NCBI GenBank assembly: GCA_016722375.1
Contig: JADKJG010000004.1
Coordinates: 66,867-130,866 of the forward strand
From: Bacteroidota bacterium
GTDB taxonomy: Bacteria; Bacteroidota; Bacteroidia; Chitinophagales; LD1
DNA: 64,000 bases
Direction: 5' to 3'
Shown here: in pieces, positions 8,530-20,500 of the stretch
Layout of the letters: each line of letters opens with the position of its first letter
Numbering within the stretch: the stretch's first letter is position 1
Position numbers and translations under genes: made by a program
Notes under the pieces: generated by a model
The model's input: the letters and a program-made list of their open reading frames with translations, nothing else
What the model was told of the DNA's origin: nothing
The model's database searches: none

Positions 8530-9840
8530 ATGAGGCGCAATACATATTATCTACATCTTCGTCGGATGAAGACAGGTGGTGGTAAATTTTTGTCGGCTCT
8601 TTTCTTTTGCTTGATAGCTATCTGCTTTCTTCAGGGGCAAAGCACGTTTTATGTGTCGGGGAAATATCTTTTGGATCCTTGTGGCGATACGGTGCTGTTG
8701 CGAGGCATCAATTATGCGCCATATAATTGGGGCTATGACCAGAGTAGTGAGGAGACGGTTGAAATAGAGAAGACGGGGGCGAATTGTGTGCGGTTGGTGT
8801 GGTATGCCGATGGCAGTGCGCCTTATTATACGAACGAAAATCTGGATAGCGTGTTGGCGCGTTGTGCTGAACGGCGGATGATACCTGTTCTTGAGTTGCA
8901 TGACCAGACTTGTCAGAATGACAGTGCCCAATTAGTGTCGCTGGCAGATTGGTACACGGGGCCGGATGTGGCGGCTATTTTGCAGAAGCATCAGGCCTAT
9001 TTGATTGTAAACATTGCAAACGAGGTGTTGTATCATCGTTGGGCGGCGGTGCCTTCGGCAGCGGTGAATAGTTATATCAATACGTACAGTACGATTGTCA
9101 ACCGCTTGCGCAACGGAGGGCTTAATTTTCCTTTGATGATTGACGCACCGGATTGTGGCACGGATATTTCGCTCATTGGTTCGGTGGCTGCCGCGTTGCA
9201 AAATGCCGACCCGAAGCATAATCTGATGTTCAGCGCGCATGCTTACTGGTATTCTTATGCGCAAAATGATTCGTTGCAAATGGCCGCGCTGCTTTCTGCG
9301 GCATCTGCGCTGAATTTTCCGGTGATATTGGGTGAGGTGGCTAATTATCAGGATGATGCAAATCCTTGTCAGTACGGTTTAAATTATCGTGCGCTGTTTC
9401 ATCTTTGTGAAACTTTTCAAATGCCGTGGATTTGTTGGGGATGGAGCCACGATAATTGTACAGCGCGACAGTTGAGCACTAATGGGCAGTTCGGTTCTTT
9501 GTCTGCTTATGGAAATGAAGTGGTCAATCATCCGGATTATGGTTTGAAAAATAAAGCGGTGCGGTCTTATTATATGCTCTATAATCAACAGTGTCTTTCT
9601 ACCGGTGTTTTGGATTACAGGCAGGAGGAAGGCTTCGTGGTTTCTCCGGTCGCCAGTGGCTCGTTGACGATTCAATCTACGATGGCTGACGTTCAGCGGA
9701 TCACGATTACCGATATGGCGGGGAGAGTTGTCCGGTCTTGTGTTTTGCCGCCTGATGAAACAACGATAGTCGCATTGCCGTCGGGCATTTACCTGATTGC
9801 ATCTGAAAACAAGAAGGTAATTCGAAAGGTGGTGTATTAG
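8530..9840 (+). CDS. GH5-type endo-beta-1,4-mannanase/cellulase-family glycoside hydrolase with T9SS C-terminal sorting domain
   Basis: Motifs LRGINYA, LELHDQT, NIANEV (acid/base Glu), FSAHAY and ILGEVA (nucleophile Glu). The tail GIYLIASENKKVIRKVVY fits a T9SS sorting domain. The true start may be the internal Met at about 8566. Confidence 0.7.
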   Translation: MRRNTYYLHLRRMKTGGGKFLSALFFCLIAICFLQGQSTFYVSGKYLLDPCGDTVLLRGINYAPYNWGYDQSSEETVEIEKTGANCVRLVWYADGSAPYYTNENLDSVLARCAERRMIPVLELHDQTCQNDSAQLVSLADWYTGPDVAAILQKHQAYLIVNIANEVLYHRWAAVPSAAVNSYINTYSTIVNRLRNGGLNFPLMIDAPDCGTDISLIGSVAAALQNADPKHNLMFSAHAYWYSYAQNDSLQMAALLSAASALNFPVILGEVANYQDDANPCQYGLNYRALFHLCETFQMPWICWGWSHDNCTARQLSTNGQFGSLSAYGNEVVNHPDYGLKNKAVRSYYMLYNQQCLSTGVLDYRQEEGFVVSPVASGSLTIQSTMADVQRITITDMAGRVVRSCVLPPDETTIVALPSGIYLIASENKKVIRKVVY

Positions 9841-9944
9841 GCTTCTGTAGGCTTTTTGCATACGTTCCTTGCGATGGTTGCAACTCGTAGCTGTTTTGGA
9901 ACTTCAAAAACAAAAGGCTTTATGACCTTTGTAGTTTACGGAAA

Positions 9945-9985
9945 TAAAAAAGCCCCGACAAGGAGTCAGGGCTTTTTGGTTTTTA
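9945..9985. terminator. bidirectional terminator between convergent genes
   Basis: AAAAAAGCCCCGAC-aagga-GTCAGGGCTTTTT. Confidence 0.7.
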
Positions 9986-10019
9986 ATGTTTTCGTTTCTA
10001 CCACACAGGCGGGATAGAA

Positions 10020-10898
10020 TTAGTAGGTAATGTTCATTGCATGAATCTTAAAGGTGCCGGTATTAGCGTCTGTTCCTCTATAGAAACCGAAGGAAATTCC
10101 ATCGCCGGGAGCAATCTTGGTTGGGGGATCTGGTGAGAGGATGTATGCTAAGACTTCGATGGGCTTATTGGCCGTCGTAATATTAATAGGACTGATAGTA
10201 AGCCCTGAACCAGCTGTTCCCCCCTGAACAAAGCCGACACCCGCGTGCGCTATGCTGATGGCATTGGGCGAAAAATAGATAGTACCGGTTGCAGTAGAGC
10301 TCACGATAAAATGCAACACAATCGAATCTCCAGCTTTGTAATCGGCAGGAACAGTAAAATTGTGAAAGAAGCTAGAATTCACACCGTCGGGGAACTGGAT
10401 AGCCGCACTAGCTCCAAAGCCATTTGAAAAAGTTGCGTTGCCACTCGGCAGGTAGGCTCCGTAGATGTTTAGCGAAATGCTTCTCTTGGACAGTCTGTCA
10501 GCGGTTTTTGCATTGAGGGCATAAGGCACACTCATCAACTGGCTGGTAGCAGTGACGGAGTACGCAGTGCCTCCGGCAGGGTCTGTTTCGGTTTTGATAA
10601 AATATAATCCTGAGGACCAGTCTATGTTTGCAAAAGTTCCGCTGACCACCGTTCCTGTGCCAATTTCCAGACTAGCGAGTCCGTTGGCGTTGGTGGTGGG
10701 GGTTTGGGTTTCAACATAAACCGCGGTGCCTGAGGCAGAGCTTTTCAAAATGCTGATGCGCATTCCGACGGCGGCAGAGGTTACTAGACTATTGCTGGCA
10801 TTGCGCACCACGGCCTGATAGCTCATTTTTTGGGGTGCTTGCGCGAAAGCAGTATGCAATAGAATCAGGGATAGGAATAAGGTAGATAGTTTACGCAT
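10020..10898 (-). CDS. secreted hypothetical protein
   Basis: 292-aa ORF with a signal peptide (MRKLSTLFLSLILLHTAFAQ) and a beta-rich, Gly/Thr/Ser-rich sequence. Confidence 0.6.
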   Translation of the reverse strand: MRKLSTLFLSLILLHTAFAQAPQKMSYQAVVRNASNSLVTSAAVGMRISILKSSASGTAVYVETQTPTTNANGLASLEIGTGTVVSGTFANIDWSSGLYFIKTETDPAGGTAYSVTATSQLMSVPYALNAKTADRLSKRSISLNIYGAYLPSGNATFSNGFGASAAIQFPDGVNSSFFHNFTVPADYKAGDSIVLHFIVSSTATGTIYFSPNAISIAHAGVGFVQGGTAGSGLTISPINITTANKPIEVLAYILSPDPPTKIAPGDGISFGFYRGTDANTGTFKIHAMNITY

Positions 10899-10903
10899 GG
10901 TTT

Positions 10904-11392
10904 TTAGTTTTTGATGATTTTAAATTGTTTGATTTCCTTTTGATTTTCAGATACGGTTAAAAAATAAATGCCTGCCGCAAATTGCGAAACAGGAATGTTC
11001 GTTTCACTTTCTTCAACAGATCTATTTCCCAAAACCTGTCCCTTTAGGTCAGTAAGACGGTAGGATAAATTCTGCGTTTCGTTGTTTTCGACCTTCAAAG
11101 TCAGTAGGTTGGTTGTCGGGTTTGGATAGACCGACAGCAGCAGGTTAATATACGGTGCTTCATCCTTTACACTTAGGGTGTAGATTTCGTAAGGCTGTTG
11201 CACCCCCTGACTTAGCGAAGCACCTCCACCGGTGGCAGCAATGTAGGCTACCTGTCCTATGGAATAGCTGATGGAGCCTCCGGTGCTTGTTGCATCGCCT
11301 CCGGCAGCCGTGGTTGATTGCTGAGCCTGCACTTTGGTCAGCGCGATACACCACAACATCAGCAGTAGGTATCGGATTTTAATGTTTTTCAT
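10904..11392 (-). CDS. small T9SS C-terminal-domain protein
   Basis: Signal peptide, then GG.A.S.GGSISYSIGQV, then a Por-type tail (VYPNPTTNLLTLKVEN, GIYFLTVSENQKEIKQFKIIKN). Confidence 0.65.
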   Translation of the reverse strand: MKNIKIRYLLLMLWCIALTKVQAQQSTTAAGGDATSTGGSISYSIGQVAYIAATGGGASLSQGVQQPYEIYTLSVKDEAPYINLLLSVYPNPTTNLLTLKVENNETQNLSYRLTDLKGQVLGNRSVEESETNIPVSQFAAGIYFLTVSENQKEIKQFKIIKN

Positions 11393-11562
11393 AAGCAGAT
11401 TGTTTTATTTTGTTGATGTTGTAAAGGTAGATACATAAGCGGAAAGACAAACTGTTCTTTTTCACAAATTAAAATGGTTTGAGCAGAAGATTATCCAATG
11501 CAAAGAAGACAGACAGGCTCTCAAGTCAAATTCGAGCGCTGCAAAATTATCACACAATAATT

Positions 11563-13104
11563 TTACCTCAAGCCCTTGCGCCAATCCACTCTTTCGTTTA
11601 CCACAGATTTTAATTGGTCAATCGAGATACGTTCTTGCTTCATGCTGTCGCGCTCGCGGAGGGTGACGGTATTGTCGGTTAAGGTTTGATGGTCTATGGT
11701 GATGCAGTAGGGCGTGCCGATAGCGTCTTGGCGGCGGTATCGCTTGCCGATGGAATCTTTTTCTTCATAGAAACAACGAAAGTCCCAACGCAGGTCGCTG
11801 AAGATTTCGTCTGCCTTTTCGGGCAATCCGTCTTTTTTGACCAAGGGGAAAATGGCGATTTGTACCGGGGCGAGGAAAGGCGGAAGAGCGAGTACGGTGC
11901 GCTCGCTGCCGTCTTCCAGCTTTTCGTTTTTATAACCGTTGCACAGCACAGCGAGGATGGTGCGGTTCAAACCGACAGAGGTTTCCACTACATAAGGAAC
12001 ATAGCTTTGATTCAATTCCGAATCAAAATATTGCAACTTTTTGGTAGAGAGATTTTGGTGTTGTGTCAAATCAAAGTCGGTGCGCGAATGGATGCCTTCG
12101 ATTTCTTTGAAACCAAAAGGAAAGTTGTATTGAATGTCCACGGCAGCGTTGGCGTAGTGCGCCAACTTGAGGTGGTCATAAAACTTCAGGTTCGTTTCAG
12201 AGAAACCAAGCGAGCGGTGCCACTTCATGCGCGACTCTTTCCAATGGTTGTACCATTGCATCTCGGTGCCGGGACGCACGAAGAATTGCATTTCCATTTG
12301 TTCAAACTCACGGGTGCGGAAGATAAACTGCCGCGCTACGATTTCGTTACGAAAAGCTTTGCCCACCTGTGCAATGCCGAAAGGAATGCGTTGACGGGAG
12401 GTGTTGAGTACGTTTAGGAAATTAACGAAGATCCCTTGTGCCGTTTCGGGGCGTAGGTAAATGGTAGAGGATTCTTCGGCAATAGAACCTACCTCGGTAG
12501 AAAACATGAGGTTGAACTGTCGCACTTCGGTCCAGTTGCGGGTACCGCTGACTGGGCAGGCGATTTCTAAATCAATAATGATTTGACGAACATCTTCGAG
12601 GTTATTGTCGTCTAGTGCTTTTTTGAAGCGGGTTTCAATTCCGTTTAATTTTTCTTTTACACGCAGCACATTTGGATTGGTCTTCAGAAACATCTCCTTA
12701 TCGAAGCTGTCGCCAAATTTTTTCTGTGCCTTGTCCACTTCCTTATTAATCTTCTCCTCCATCTTGGCCATCGCATCTTCAACCAGCACGTCTGCACGAT
12801 AGCGTTTCTTGGAATCTTTATTGTCAATCAATGGGTCATTGAAAGCGTCCACGTGACCGGAGGCCTTCCACGTTTTATGGTGCATGAAGATGGCAGCGTC
12901 CAGACCCACGATGTTTTCGTTAAGCTGCACCATGCTCTTCCACCAGTATTCCTGAATATTCTTTTTCAGTTCGATTCCATAAGGGCCGTAATCATAAACA
13001 GCGCTGAGACCATCATAGATTTCGGAAGATGGAAAGATGAAACCATATTCTTTGCAGTGCGAAATGATTTCCTGAAAAAGGTTCTGTGTATTGACTTGAC
13101 TCAT
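11563..13104 (-). CDS. glyQS: glycine--tRNA ligase (dimeric GlyQS type)
   Basis: Class-II aaRS GlyRS motifs (YDYGPYG, LRPETAQGIFVNF, GKAFRNEI, FEQMEMQFF). The start is taken at MSQVNTQNLF. Confidence 0.9.
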   Translation of the reverse strand: MSQVNTQNLFQEIISHCKEYGFIFPSSEIYDGLSAVYDYGPYGIELKKNIQEYWWKSMVQLNENIVGLDAAIFMHHKTWKASGHVDAFNDPLIDNKDSKKRYRADVLVEDAMAKMEEKINKEVDKAQKKFGDSFDKEMFLKTNPNVLRVKEKLNGIETRFKKALDDNNLEDVRQIIIDLEIACPVSGTRNWTEVRQFNLMFSTEVGSIAEESSTIYLRPETAQGIFVNFLNVLNTSRQRIPFGIAQVGKAFRNEIVARQFIFRTREFEQMEMQFFVRPGTEMQWYNHWKESRMKWHRSLGFSETNLKFYDHLKLAHYANAAVDIQYNFPFGFKEIEGIHSRTDFDLTQHQNLSTKKLQYFDSELNQSYVPYVVETSVGLNRTILAVLCNGYKNEKLEDGSERTVLALPPFLAPVQIAIFPLVKKDGLPEKADEIFSDLRWDFRCFYEEKDSIGKRYRRQDAIGTPYCITIDHQTLTDNTVTLRERDSMKQERISIDQLKSVVNERVDWRKGLR

Positions 13105-13224
13105 AGGCGGCGAAAATAGCAATTGTTCAAATTGAGAATTGCGATAACAATTAGCTTGCATTATCATTACCTTTGTGGACTTTCTTTTTACCTTAAAGAT
13201 GGGAAATTTTAAACGTATTATTTC

Positions 13225-14559
13225 ATGATTAAAATATCTATACTGGTATGTTTTCTGCTTGTCTGCTCGGGGCTATCAGCTCAAAATCAAACCGACTCGC
13301 TGAGCAAGGATGTGGCGGATTTAAAGAAGAAAGTTACCGCCCTCGACATTCTCAACAAGTTTAATCTCTGGGGATATGTTCAGATGCAATATCAGCATGC
13401 GGATACGGCAGGAGCAAAGACATATTCGGGCGGCGATTTCCCTGTGGCATCGTCTGACCGCTTTCGGATAAGGAGAGGACGAGTGAAACTAGAGTTTAAT
13501 CATGCTGATAAAAAGGGACAGAGTCTCTTATATACCGCTGTTCAAGTAAATTTTTCCGAGGCAGGATTTAATCTTGTTGAATATTTCGGTAGGGTTTATG
13601 ATCCGTTCATTCACTGGTTTTCCCTGACCGGAGGCATGATGAACCGTCCGTTTGGATATGAAATCATCTATTCATCGCGCATACGTGAAACACCCGATCG
13701 AGCCAGGATGTCTCAGACACTTTTTCCTCAGGAACGCGATTTGGGCTTTATGGCTACGATTGAACCACCCAAAACGAGTAAATGGGGTTTCTTCAAAATA
13801 AACGCTGGGCTTTATAATGGCACCGGACTTGGTTTTAATGAAATAGATAAGGGTAAAGACTTTATCGGACAGGTGGTTTTAAATAAATTGTTTTTGAACG
13901 ATCACTTGAAACTCTCTGGCGGGGCTTCATATTATAACGGACGGGTTCTTCAAAGTACTCCGGTGTATTATTCTTTGGAGAATACAGCCGGTAGTGGCAA
14001 TCCACCTCGATATACGGCTCATGAGGATTCTACCGGTGTGGGAAAGCGATTTTTCAAGCGGAAATATGTTGGCTTTGATTTGCAGGTTAGCGGGATATAT
14101 AAATGGGGAAGCACAACACTTCGTGGGGAATATATTTTTGGCAAGCAGCCCGGTACGGCATTTGGCAGCGGCACTCCTACCGTTCTCGGTAATGATATTT
14201 ATAATCGGAAATTTCGTGGAGCTTATGCCTACTTTGTGCAGGCGATTCATGATGCAAGGCATTCTATGTGGCACGAGCTGGTGGTGAAGTATGATTTTTT
14301 CGATCCGAACACTCAATTGGCAGGACAGAAACTAAATTCGATTAGTGATTCTAAAGTAAGCGCGGCTGATGTAAAATATCACACGGTGGGCTTGGGTTAT
14401 GTGTTCCGCCCATTGGACTTTTTCAAGTTGATGGTGTATTACGATTGGGTGATTAATGAGTCAACAGGAATTACCGATATAAGCCGTAATTTGAAGGATA
14501 ATATCTTAACGGTGAGGACTCAATTTGAATTGGATGCTAAGTGGTTTAGAAAGAAGTAA
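13225..14559 (+). CDS. outer-membrane beta-barrel porin-like protein
   Basis: Signal peptide, alternating beta-strand pattern and a C-terminal aromatic residue context. Assignment to the porin O/P-like family is tentative. Confidence 0.5.
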   Translation: MIKISILVCFLLVCSGLSAQNQTDSLSKDVADLKKKVTALDILNKFNLWGYVQMQYQHADTAGAKTYSGGDFPVASSDRFRIRRGRVKLEFNHADKKGQSLLYTAVQVNFSEAGFNLVEYFGRVYDPFIHWFSLTGGMMNRPFGYEIIYSSRIRETPDRARMSQTLFPQERDLGFMATIEPPKTSKWGFFKINAGLYNGTGLGFNEIDKGKDFIGQVVLNKLFLNDHLKLSGGASYYNGRVLQSTPVYYSLENTAGSGNPPRYTAHEDSTGVGKRFFKRKYVGFDLQVSGIYKWGSTTLRGEYIFGKQPGTAFGSGTPTVLGNDIYNRKFRGAYAYFVQAIHDARHSMWHELVVKYDFFDPNTQLAGQKLNSISDSKVSAADVKYHTVGLGYVFRPLDFFKLMVYYDWVINESTGITDISRNLKDNILTVRTQFELDAKWFRKK

Positions 14560-14621
14560 AGAGCGTTAGCGTTAGGCCTTTATTCTTCTGCCATGCTTAG
14601 TATTTACCTGTCAATTTAATA

Positions 14622-15017
14622 TTGATTGTATTTTTGGCGTCTATGTTTAGGATATGTTCGGCGAATAAATGGGTGATTATTGGTGCCTGCCTATTTCTGT
14701 TTACCTCTCTTTTCAGTCAGGAAGATAATTTTGAATGGATTCGGAAGATCAATGGGGTGAAAGGAAAGGTCACCATGCTTGAATTTGAACAAACATGGAT
14801 TATTATTCCAGATGAAAACCCAAACGGAAGATATTTTTCTAATCAACTTCCCGATGAATATAAGAAGGAAGGATTGAAGGTTTCGTTTTGTGGAATGGTA
14901 GGGAAAATCCCACCTAATGTACGTTTGTTAGCGACCCCTTTGAAGCTGAGTTGTATTTGTATCAGCAAGAAGGAAAAGAAGAAATTTGGATTGAATAGTC
15001 GGAAGTATAAATTTTAA
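14622..15017 (+). CDS. hypothetical small exported protein
   Basis: 131-aa ORF with an N-terminal hydrophobic segment. The start is uncertain. Confidence 0.4.
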   Translation: MIVFLASMFRICSANKWVIIGACLFLFTSLFSQEDNFEWIRKINGVKGKVTMLEFEQTWIIIPDENPNGRYFSNQLPDEYKKEGLKVSFCGMVGKIPPNVRLLATPLKLSCICISKKEKKKFGLNSRKYKF

Positions 15018-15027
15018 CCAATGAAAT

Positions 15028-15936
15028 ATGTCAGTAATCATTAACGAACTTTCAAAAATTTACGGAACCCAACGCGCAGTGGACAATATCTCCTTTGAAG
15101 CCAAGAAGGGCGAAGTATTAGGTTTTCTCGGACCGAACGGTGCGGGGAAAAGCACGACAATGAAAATGATCACTTGTTTTGTGCCGCAGACATCAGGCAC
15201 AGTCAGCGTCTGTGGACATGATACCTCCTTCGAGCCTTTAGAAGTAACAAAGAAGATTGGTTACCTGCCCGAAAACAATCCGCTCTACTACGATATGTAT
15301 GTGCGTGAATATCTTGAGTTCATGGGTGGGCTTCATAAGATGGGCAGCAAAATACAGACACGCATTGATGAGATGATTGAGGTCACCGGATTGACAGCGG
15401 AACGAAAAAAGAAAGTGGGGCAATTGTCCAAAGGCTATAAACAAAGAGTGGGGCTGGCGCAGGCCATGCTTCACGATCCGGAGGTTCTTATTCTCGATGA
15501 ACCTACTTCCGGTCTTGATCCGAATCAGTTGCTCGAAATCAGGTCGCTGATAAAACAACTGGGGCAGAACAAGACGGTCATTTTCTCTTCTCATATCATG
15601 CAGGAGGTACAGGCAATCGCCGACCGGGTGATTATTATCAGCAAGGGAAAGATTGTCGCAGATGATTTAACCAGTAACCTTCAGAGCCGACTGCGCAACG
15701 AAACAATTGTTACGGTTGAATTCAAACAGCCTGTTGACAAAGCAATGTTGGGCATGATAAAGGGCGTCAAGTCCCTAACAAAATCAAACGATGGAAGATG
15801 GAATCTTGTTTCCTCGGGGAAAGAAGATGTCCGAGAAAGCGTTTTCAATTTTGCTAAAGAAAAAAATCTGACCTTATTGCACTTGAACAAAGAAGAATTT
15901 TCTCTGGAGGATGTGTTTAAAGAATTGACGCAGTAG
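15028..15936 (+). CDS. gldA: ABC transporter ATP-binding protein, GldA-like
   Basis: Walker A GPNGAGKST, signature LSKGYKQR and Walker B LILDEPT. The overall layout resembles the gliding-motility ABC ATPase. Confidence 0.6.
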   Translation: MSVIINELSKIYGTQRAVDNISFEAKKGEVLGFLGPNGAGKSTTMKMITCFVPQTSGTVSVCGHDTSFEPLEVTKKIGYLPENNPLYYDMYVREYLEFMGGLHKMGSKIQTRIDEMIEVTGLTAERKKKVGQLSKGYKQRVGLAQAMLHDPEVLILDEPTSGLDPNQLLEIRSLIKQLGQNKTVIFSSHIMQEVQAIADRVIIISKGKIVADDLTSNLQSRLRNETIVTVEFKQPVDKAMLGMIKGVKSLTKSNDGRWNLVSSGKEDVRESVFNFAKEKNLTLLHLNKEEFSLEDVFKELTQ

Positions 15937-16004
15937 ATACCGGTCGGCATATTCAATTACTTAGCTTCGTTTAGCAGTTTTCTCTATTCATAATTTAAAG
16001 CATT

Positions 16005-17465
16005 TTGAGAAACATTAGTGTTGGGTGGTGGTTAGTCATCGCAATTTCTTGTTTATACTGGCTCCCTTTTCTATTGGCAAAAGGCATGTTTTTAGATGGA
16101 GTGTGCAATGCGCTCTATGCGGTGAACCTTGCAGAAGGCACTGCGTCGTTCTGGGCGCCTAAATCCAACTATATAGGCAATCCCTCAGCATGGGGTTCGG
16201 CTCCGCTAAGTATCTATATCTTATCCGTGCTTTATAAATGTTTTGGCAATTATTTTTTTATTGAAAAGATATACTCTCTGATTTGCGGCTTCATACAAAT
16301 GGCCTTAATCGCGTGGGCATGGAAGCTCTGTTTCGATAAGAACGATGAGCGCGGAAAATATGGATGGTTTCCTTGTTTGCTTTGGCTCGCTTCTCCTTTG
16401 ACCGGCTGGTGCTATTCCAATAATCTGATGGAAAACTCCATGTCCATTTTCACCACCTCTTCCATCGTGGTCTGGTTACTGTATCTGCGAAATCAGCAAA
16501 TACAATACGCCGTTGCCGGAGGGATCTTGATTTTTCTTGCTCTATTATCAAAAGGCCCCGTAGGCCTTTTCCCCCTAGCGGCGCCTTTGGTGTTTATGTT
16601 AATGAACAAAAATATTATCCGACAAAGATTTTTCTACTTCACTTTCGTTCAAGCCTTCGTATTCTTTTTGGTCTTTGTGGTGGTGTTTTCAATGGAGGCT
16701 CCGCAAACTTTTTTACATCAATATTTAGACGTGCAATTAAGGCCGGCCTTGAATCATCAAAACGGAGGAATTTCTTTTGAAATCATCTTGCAACTTCTAT
16801 TGGCTTTGCTTCCAATATTCGGGGCAGTAATTATCGTGGTTTTATACACCGCGATTAAAAAGGATGATAGCCTGCTGTCTCGAAACGACAAGAACCTAAT
16901 CGGTCTTTCCTTTTTGTTGATAGGCCTAACCGCTTCTATACCTATCATGATGAGTACGAAGCAAAGCAAATTCTATCTGCTGCCTTCTCTGAGTATTTTT
17001 TCTTTAGGGTTTTCACTGCTTCTGCTTCCTGCGTTAAAAAAATCAATGGACTTATTTGACAGGTATCCTCTTAGGTATAAAATACTAAGCGCCACAAAAT
17101 TTCTATCTGCTAGCATCATCATATTGTGTATTGTTCTTTGCATTAACAACCGAGGGATTTATTCAAGAGACAAGGCGCTATTAAATGACCTAGCGGAGAT
17201 GCAAACTTTAACCGGCGATGGTGCTATTCTGCGAGGACCGTGGGAATTAAACAGCGAATGGCATCTCTTTTCCTATTTATCTCGTCTTTATAAGATCAAG
17301 ATATGTATGCCAGATTCGGAAATAGAAACCAACTATTATATTACTTACTCCGGAAAATCAGATAAGGTGCCCTCACAAGACTTTATAAAAATTTATAGCG
17401 GAAACAAATTTGATTTGTATCAATTAGCAAGTGCTGATAATTTTCACAAAAGGAAAATAAATTAA
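16005..17465 (+). CDS. polytopic membrane glycosyltransferase (GT39/ArnT-like)
   Basis: 486 aa with more than 10 predicted TM helices. Non-ATG (TTG) start. Confidence 0.5.
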   Translation: MRNISVGWWLVIAISCLYWLPFLLAKGMFLDGVCNALYAVNLAEGTASFWAPKSNYIGNPSAWGSAPLSIYILSVLYKCFGNYFFIEKIYSLICGFIQMALIAWAWKLCFDKNDERGKYGWFPCLLWLASPLTGWCYSNNLMENSMSIFTTSSIVVWLLYLRNQQIQYAVAGGILIFLALLSKGPVGLFPLAAPLVFMLMNKNIIRQRFFYFTFVQAFVFFLVFVVVFSMEAPQTFLHQYLDVQLRPALNHQNGGISFEIILQLLLALLPIFGAVIIVVLYTAIKKDDSLLSRNDKNLIGLSFLLIGLTASIPIMMSTKQSKFYLLPSLSIFSLGFSLLLLPALKKSMDLFDRYPLRYKILSATKFLSASIIILCIVLCINNRGIYSRDKALLNDLAEMQTLTGDGAILRGPWELNSEWHLFSYLSRLYKIKICMPDSEIETNYYITYSGKSDKVPSQDFIKIYSGNKFDLYQLASADNFHKRKIN

Positions 17466-17581
17466 CCGGATATAAACAACGCGAGGCACCTAGATAAACT
17501 CAATATTATGGAGAACCTTTATGATTGCTAATTTCATTCACGCTATTACATGGGAAAAATAGCTTTATGTTTATCATAACT

Positions 17582-20500
17582 ATGCGTATCAAAGCAAAGC
17601 TGTTTTATTGTTTTCTAATCGGATTCGCTTCGTTGATTTTACCCAACACCGTCTCTGCACAAGTAAATTGCAACAACGTTGACTTTGAAAGCGGCACTTT
17701 TGCAAACTGGACAGGATATACAGGCGTTTGTTGTCCCATTACCGCCGATACAGTCGGTTTTGTTTCTACCCGCCACACCATTATGACCGGGGCAGGTAAT
17801 GATCCGGTCATCCCGCAGATTCCCGTCGTATCGCCTTATGGAGGCACCTATTCTGTTCGCCTCGGAAATTCTTCTATAGGAGCACAAGCCGAGCGTTTAA
17901 CTTATACCCTTAACGTAACTGCTGCCAATCCCAATTTCACCTATCAATATGCGGTAATACTCGAAGACCCCAGCCACACTCCGGCCCAGCAACCGCGCTT
18001 TCAGGTAAATGTGATGGATACAGATGGCGCTACCATTCCCTGTGGCTTTTATAACGTAGTTGCCAGTGGCAACATCCCCGGCTTTCAACGCACGGGGAGC
18101 ATAGTTTGGAAGAACTGGTCATTTGTTGCGGTGGATTTGTCCTCATATATAGGACAAAATATCACGGTGGAGTTTTCTACCGGCGATTGTGATTTGGGTG
18201 GCCATTACGGCTATGCATATATTGATGCCTCTTGTGCGCCCCTCCGAATATTTACCAACTATTGCCCCGGCGACCCTATTGCCGACCTCACCGCTCCACC
18301 TGGTTTTCAGTTTTATCAATGGTCCACCGGAGAATCTGCTCAAGCCATTACGGTCACTAATCCGGTTCCCGGCGACTCTATTACTGTGGTATGTGTTCCT
18401 TTCCAAGGGGTTACTTGTACCTCTACTTTGAAATACATATTCCTTCAAAACCCACCGGTCGAGGCCAACTACAGCATCAACACTGTCTGCGGAAACAATC
18501 AGGTGGTGTTCTCTGATTCCTCTACCATATCGGCCACCGGTGCGCAGGTCACCGGCTGGAAATGGATTATTAATGATTCGATTATCTCCACCCAGCCAGC
18601 GGCTACCTTCTCTTTTCCCGCTGCAGGCAGCTATGATGTCACCTTAATTGCCGAATCCTCGTATGGTTGTCCCGATACGCTTCATAAACAAGTATTAATT
18701 CCGCAGGGATTGCTCGTTACGGCTAACATCCGCTCCGGCAGCGGAGGCTTTGCTTTGCAATGTATCGGCGATAACAATGCGGTGCTCAAGGCTAATGCAA
18801 ACCTGGGTATCCCTCCTTATTCCTATCAATGGAATACCATACCGGTCTCGACAGGCGATTCCATATCAAATCTTTCTGCGGGCACTTATACAGTGAGTGT
18901 CACCGATTCGACAGGCTGCATAGCCACGGCCAGTGCGGTCATCAGCGCGCCACCGCCTGCGGTCATGGATCCGGTTATAAAAAACGTATCCTGCTATAAC
19001 GGAAACAATGGACAGATTACCGCGCTCATGAGCGGCGGCACACCGCCCTACACCTATTCCTGGAATACAAATCCTCCCCAATCGTTTCAAACTATTTCCA
19101 ATCTCGGTGCCGGCAGCTATACGGTAACTATTACCGACAACAACCAGTGCACAACCCTTGTTTCATCTGTGGTCAGCGAACCTTCCCAATTGAATATCTC
19201 CATCACCTCCAAAACCGACAACGTCTGCTTTGGCGGTCATACCGGTAGGGCAACTGCCTCTGCCTCAGGCGGCAATGCACCTTATATATATTCATGGAAT
19301 ACAAACCCCATCCAAAATGATACGGCGGCTTCAAACCTATCCGCCGGAAATTATGTGGTGACCGCCACCGACGACAGCCTTTGCACGGCCACCACAACGG
19401 TTGTTATTAATGAACCCACCAAACTTTCTTCTACCTCCACCGTTGATAATGTCTTGTGCCATGACAGCGCACAAGGCTCTATTGCGCTAATCGTATCTAA
19501 CGGAACAGCGCCCTACACCTATTCCTGGCAGCCATCTGTTAGCACCACCGCCGCCGCCCAGAATCTAAAAATGGGTACTTATGATGTAACTATCACCGAC
19601 AATAACGGATGCACCCTATCCAATTCATTTATCGTCATTGAACCACCTGCATTAAACATTCAAACGCAATCAACGAATGTTCTTTGTTCCGGAAACCTCG
19701 ACGGCACAATCACCGCCACCGGTGTGGGAGGAATTCCAACCTATACCTATTCTCTACTTCAGAATGGGAATACTATATCTACCAACACCACCGGATCCTT
19801 CACCGGCCTCGGTGTAGGAAACTATACCATCATTTTTTCTGACGGAAATAATTGTGCGGTATCTCAGCAACTGACCGTCAACGAGCCGCCGCTAATCAGC
19901 ATTCAAAGTATCGTGGCCGATTCTGTTAACTGTTATGGCTACAACGACGGCGCTATCTCCATAGTTGCTACCGGCGGAGTGCCACCATTCGAATATGTGC
20001 TCAATAACAATGCCCCTTCTTCTTCCGGAAATTTCAACAATCTACCTCCCGGAAATTATTCCATCACCATCAACGACGCAGGAGGATGTTCTTTGCAAAC
20101 AGCCACCAACATCAACGAACCCCCACCGCATATCCTTTCCATCATTCCCGATTCTATCCAAATGAATTTGGGTGAAAGCCGTGCGGTCCAAATCATCAGC
20201 AACTTTGCGCCGAACGTTATCTATTCCTGGTCGCCCGAAAGCGGCACCGATTGCCCTACCTGCCCCAACGCCAATGTCGGCACCTATAACAGCCTCGAAT
20301 ATTCTATTCGCGCAGTGGCGCACCCACATCAACTGGATTGTGAGGCTACAATTAAACTACCGGTAACGGTCACGGCCAACTACGATATTTTCATTCCCAA
20401 TGTGTTCACTCCAAACAATGATGGAGTAAACGATTTTTTTGAATACTTCGGAAACAAATCCGGTGTAAAATATTTGGATGTAGAAGTCTTCAACCGTACC